A stretch of DNA of 63,803 nucleotides, counting the filler, from Octopus bimaculoides (taxonomy: Eukaryota): assembly GCF_001194135.2 (NCBI RefSeq). It is 11 parts of 11 records of this genome, joined end to end, with 100 filler letters (N's around TTAATTAATTAA, not from the genome) between each part and the next. Parts side by side here need not be neighbours in the genome. Positions count along the whole stretch, not along the records: positions 61,520 to 62,652 come from NC_068981.1; positions 62,753 to 63,803 come from NC_068999.1; 9 more parts are not named here. One strand, 5' to 3'. Below the pieces are notes generated by a model. The model was not told where the DNA came from and did not search any database. It saw only the letters and a program-made list of their open reading frames with translations. Below, one piece after another: positions 61,790-63,803 of the stretch; positions within the stretch are counted from its first letter, which is position 1; every line of letters starts with the position of its first letter. A program made the position numbers and the translations under genes.

Positions 61790-62652
61790 CCAGTCGCTGA
61801 TCTGTCTCCTCGTACGTGACCTAGGCATACCAGTATAAATGTTCAGCTGTCCAGTAGGGCCTGCGGTGCGTGGAGCTGTGAGGCTGAAAGTGTGTTGGCG
61901 GCGCTGCAATTTTGAGACGAAACCTTCATGCGGCTGCTGAGCACGACAGCGATGCTCTGTACGTACAGCATATTGAAGGACTGATCACACGAAAGCGGGA
62001 TCATTCGAGAAGATAGGGTGAATGTTTACTATAGAACCGCAGGTGTGTCTTTACCTTTGCAGGCATTGGCGTCGTTACCAGGACTAACACCACTGGATCC
62101 ATCGAACGGTGCTCGAGAATTGGTGCGAATGGGAATGCTTGCGTTCGAGATATCGTATAGAGGCCGCCGCTAAAACCCCGCGCGGTGTCCGGTAGTTGGT
62201 GAGTACCGGTGTGTTCGGGTTCGGGTGATTTCGTCGCCGAGTCGGAGGATCACCACTATCAAGACCGTTGGGCAGTGGCTATGGGTAGCGTTCCGACAAG
62301 AGAGTTATCAGTGTCGACCTGATCATCGTACGGCACCTCGTAGGTCGAGCCGTCAACCTCCAAGCAGGTTGCGAGTATTTCAAATTCCCAGTTCCCCTGC
62401 ACGAACATTGCAGGGCCGGGGCTGGGCTTGGACTGGACACGACCCCGGTTCCATACCCAGTCCTCTACAAAGTTGGGAGAGTGGCGGAAACCCTGGGGTT
62501 TGAATAGCAACGTTTGCTGCAGACCCGCCAGCGAGTGTGGCTCCCCTGCAATAGGATCACCGCACGTAGCCATCTCGGGAACCTGAATCAGTCATCTACC
62601 CGGTAACCGTCGACGCTGGTGCACTCCGGCTTAGTCCATATTGGCGACCGCC
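61790..62652 (-). mobile_element. GC/CpG-rich segment, possibly a decayed LTR-retrotransposon gag/pol remnant
   Basis: Composition shifts sharply from the flanks. The frames are broken, with only weak gag-like fragments (EVPYDD, LRLGDE, RGVLAAAS) and no diagnostic motif. Confidence 0.3.
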
Positions 62653-63162
62653 NNNNNNNNNNNNNNNNNNNNNNNNNNNNNNNNNNNNNNNNNNNNTTAA
62701 TTAATTAANNNNNNNNNNNNNNNNNNNNNNNNNNNNNNNNNNNNNNNNNNNNTACTGACTCTTTCTATCTGCTGTAACAACTCACATACATACTTTTCTT
62801 TGTACGACGGCCTGTCTTTGATTATGTTCTTATATGTCGCATTCACACTCTCACATAGACATACATCTTTAACGCCACAATAAATATCTCTGTTATTCAT
62901 CTTATACGGTTGTGGTCTTTCATTACTGGTCATCTATGTTATCGTAGTATAACATATCTCATGTATATCATCTTTGATATATATTATTTTGTGTTCGACC
63001 GTGTGACACGTTTAAATAAAAGGAGTCCTCTGTTTTTCCATTCGTCACCATTTCTCCTTTTTGAGTTCGCACGGTCGTTCCTTACATATACATATATATA
63101 TACATACATGCATATATATATATATATATGCATATACACATACACACACATATACATACATA

Positions 63163-63440
63163 TGGTGGTTGTCTATTATTTATGCAGAGTTTGATCACTC
63201 CTGTACCTACACCTTAGAAACATCATGGCATTTGAGGTGGCTTTTTAAATCAGACAATGTTTTGAAAAGACAGCCACATAGATTGCATTTCCGATTTGGA
63301 CCACCAAGAGCTGCAGACAAGTTCTGATCTTTGTAGATCCTAAAATGTCTTTTGAGGTCCCCGTTATATTTGCAAACCTTCTGTCATACGTTGCATTGAA
63401 AGGTGTGCACAGACATATAGGCAGAATAGTTGGTGGAGGT
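63163..63440 (-). mobile_element. Second copy of the C2H2-finger retroposon end
   Basis: MSVHTFQCNV*QKVCKYNGDLKRHFRIY..KCNLCGCLFKTLSDLKSHLKCH..KV*, with the same 3' UTR ending ACAACCACCA followed by a TA/TG-rich run. Confidence 0.7.
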
Positions 63441-63514
63441 CCGCATACATATATATAATAATACACACATATATATATACATACATACACTCACATAGCT
63501 ATATACACATACAC

Positions 63515-63557
<43 letters not shown>

Positions 63558-63574
63558 CACACACATATATTTAT

Positions 63575-63785
63575 ATATGTTTGTGTGTTTGTGTTTGTCC
63601 CACCATCATCGCTTGACAACCGATGTTGGTGTGTTTCTGTTCCCGTAACTTAGCGGTTTTGCAAAAGAGATCGTTAGAATAAGTACCGGGCTTAGAAAGA
63701 ATAAGTCCTGGAGTTGATTCGTTCGACTAAAGGCGGTGCTCCAACATGGCCACAGTCAAATGAGTGAAACAAGTTAAAGATGTAT
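63575..63785 (+). mobile_element. SINE family A, 3' half
   Basis: GCTTGACAACCGATGTTGGTGTGTTT..GGCGGTGCTCCAACATGGCCACAGTCAAATGAGTGAAACAAG. Similar 3' halves at about 16770, 18520, 37640 (+) and 39040, 42030 (-). Confidence 0.8.
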
Positions 63786-63803
63786 ATATATATATATATA
63801 TAT

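Overview
Repeat-dense, AT-rich animal genomic DNA, probably cephalopod (Octopus-like). The species is inferred from the tRNA-derived SINE families and the extreme (TA)n/(CA)n/(GA)n load, not proven. Ten artificial 100-nt gap blocks (44 N + TTAATTAATTAA + 44 N) cut the window into 11 pieces whose order and orientation are uncertain, and most ORFs in the supplied track are microsatellite or N artefacts. Host coding sequence I can support: one 240-bp glutamate decarboxylase (GAD/CSAD family) exon at 17004-17243 (+); an intact terminal UDP-glucuronosyltransferase exon at 17636-17845 (+); an intronless, disabled UGT paralogue at 18848-20284 (+); and one 291-bp Ig-domain exon of a Robo-like adhesion protein at 49474-49764 (-). 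The rest is transposon debris: mariner DD34D and maT DD37D remnants, R4/Dong-, Tx1- and RTE-type LINEs, several SINE families, Penelope-like terminal repeats and foldback elements. The most interesting signals are (i) several minimal hammerhead-ribozyme folds, one inside a tRNA-promoter-headed short element; (ii) an RTE copy with twin-priming-type inversion geometry; (iii) a SINE 3' tail resembling the local Tx1 LINE 3' end; (iv) a retroposon end encoding C2H2 zinc fingers; and (v) a nested multi-arm palindrome. All alignments and folds were done by eye, and most repeat boundaries are approximate.
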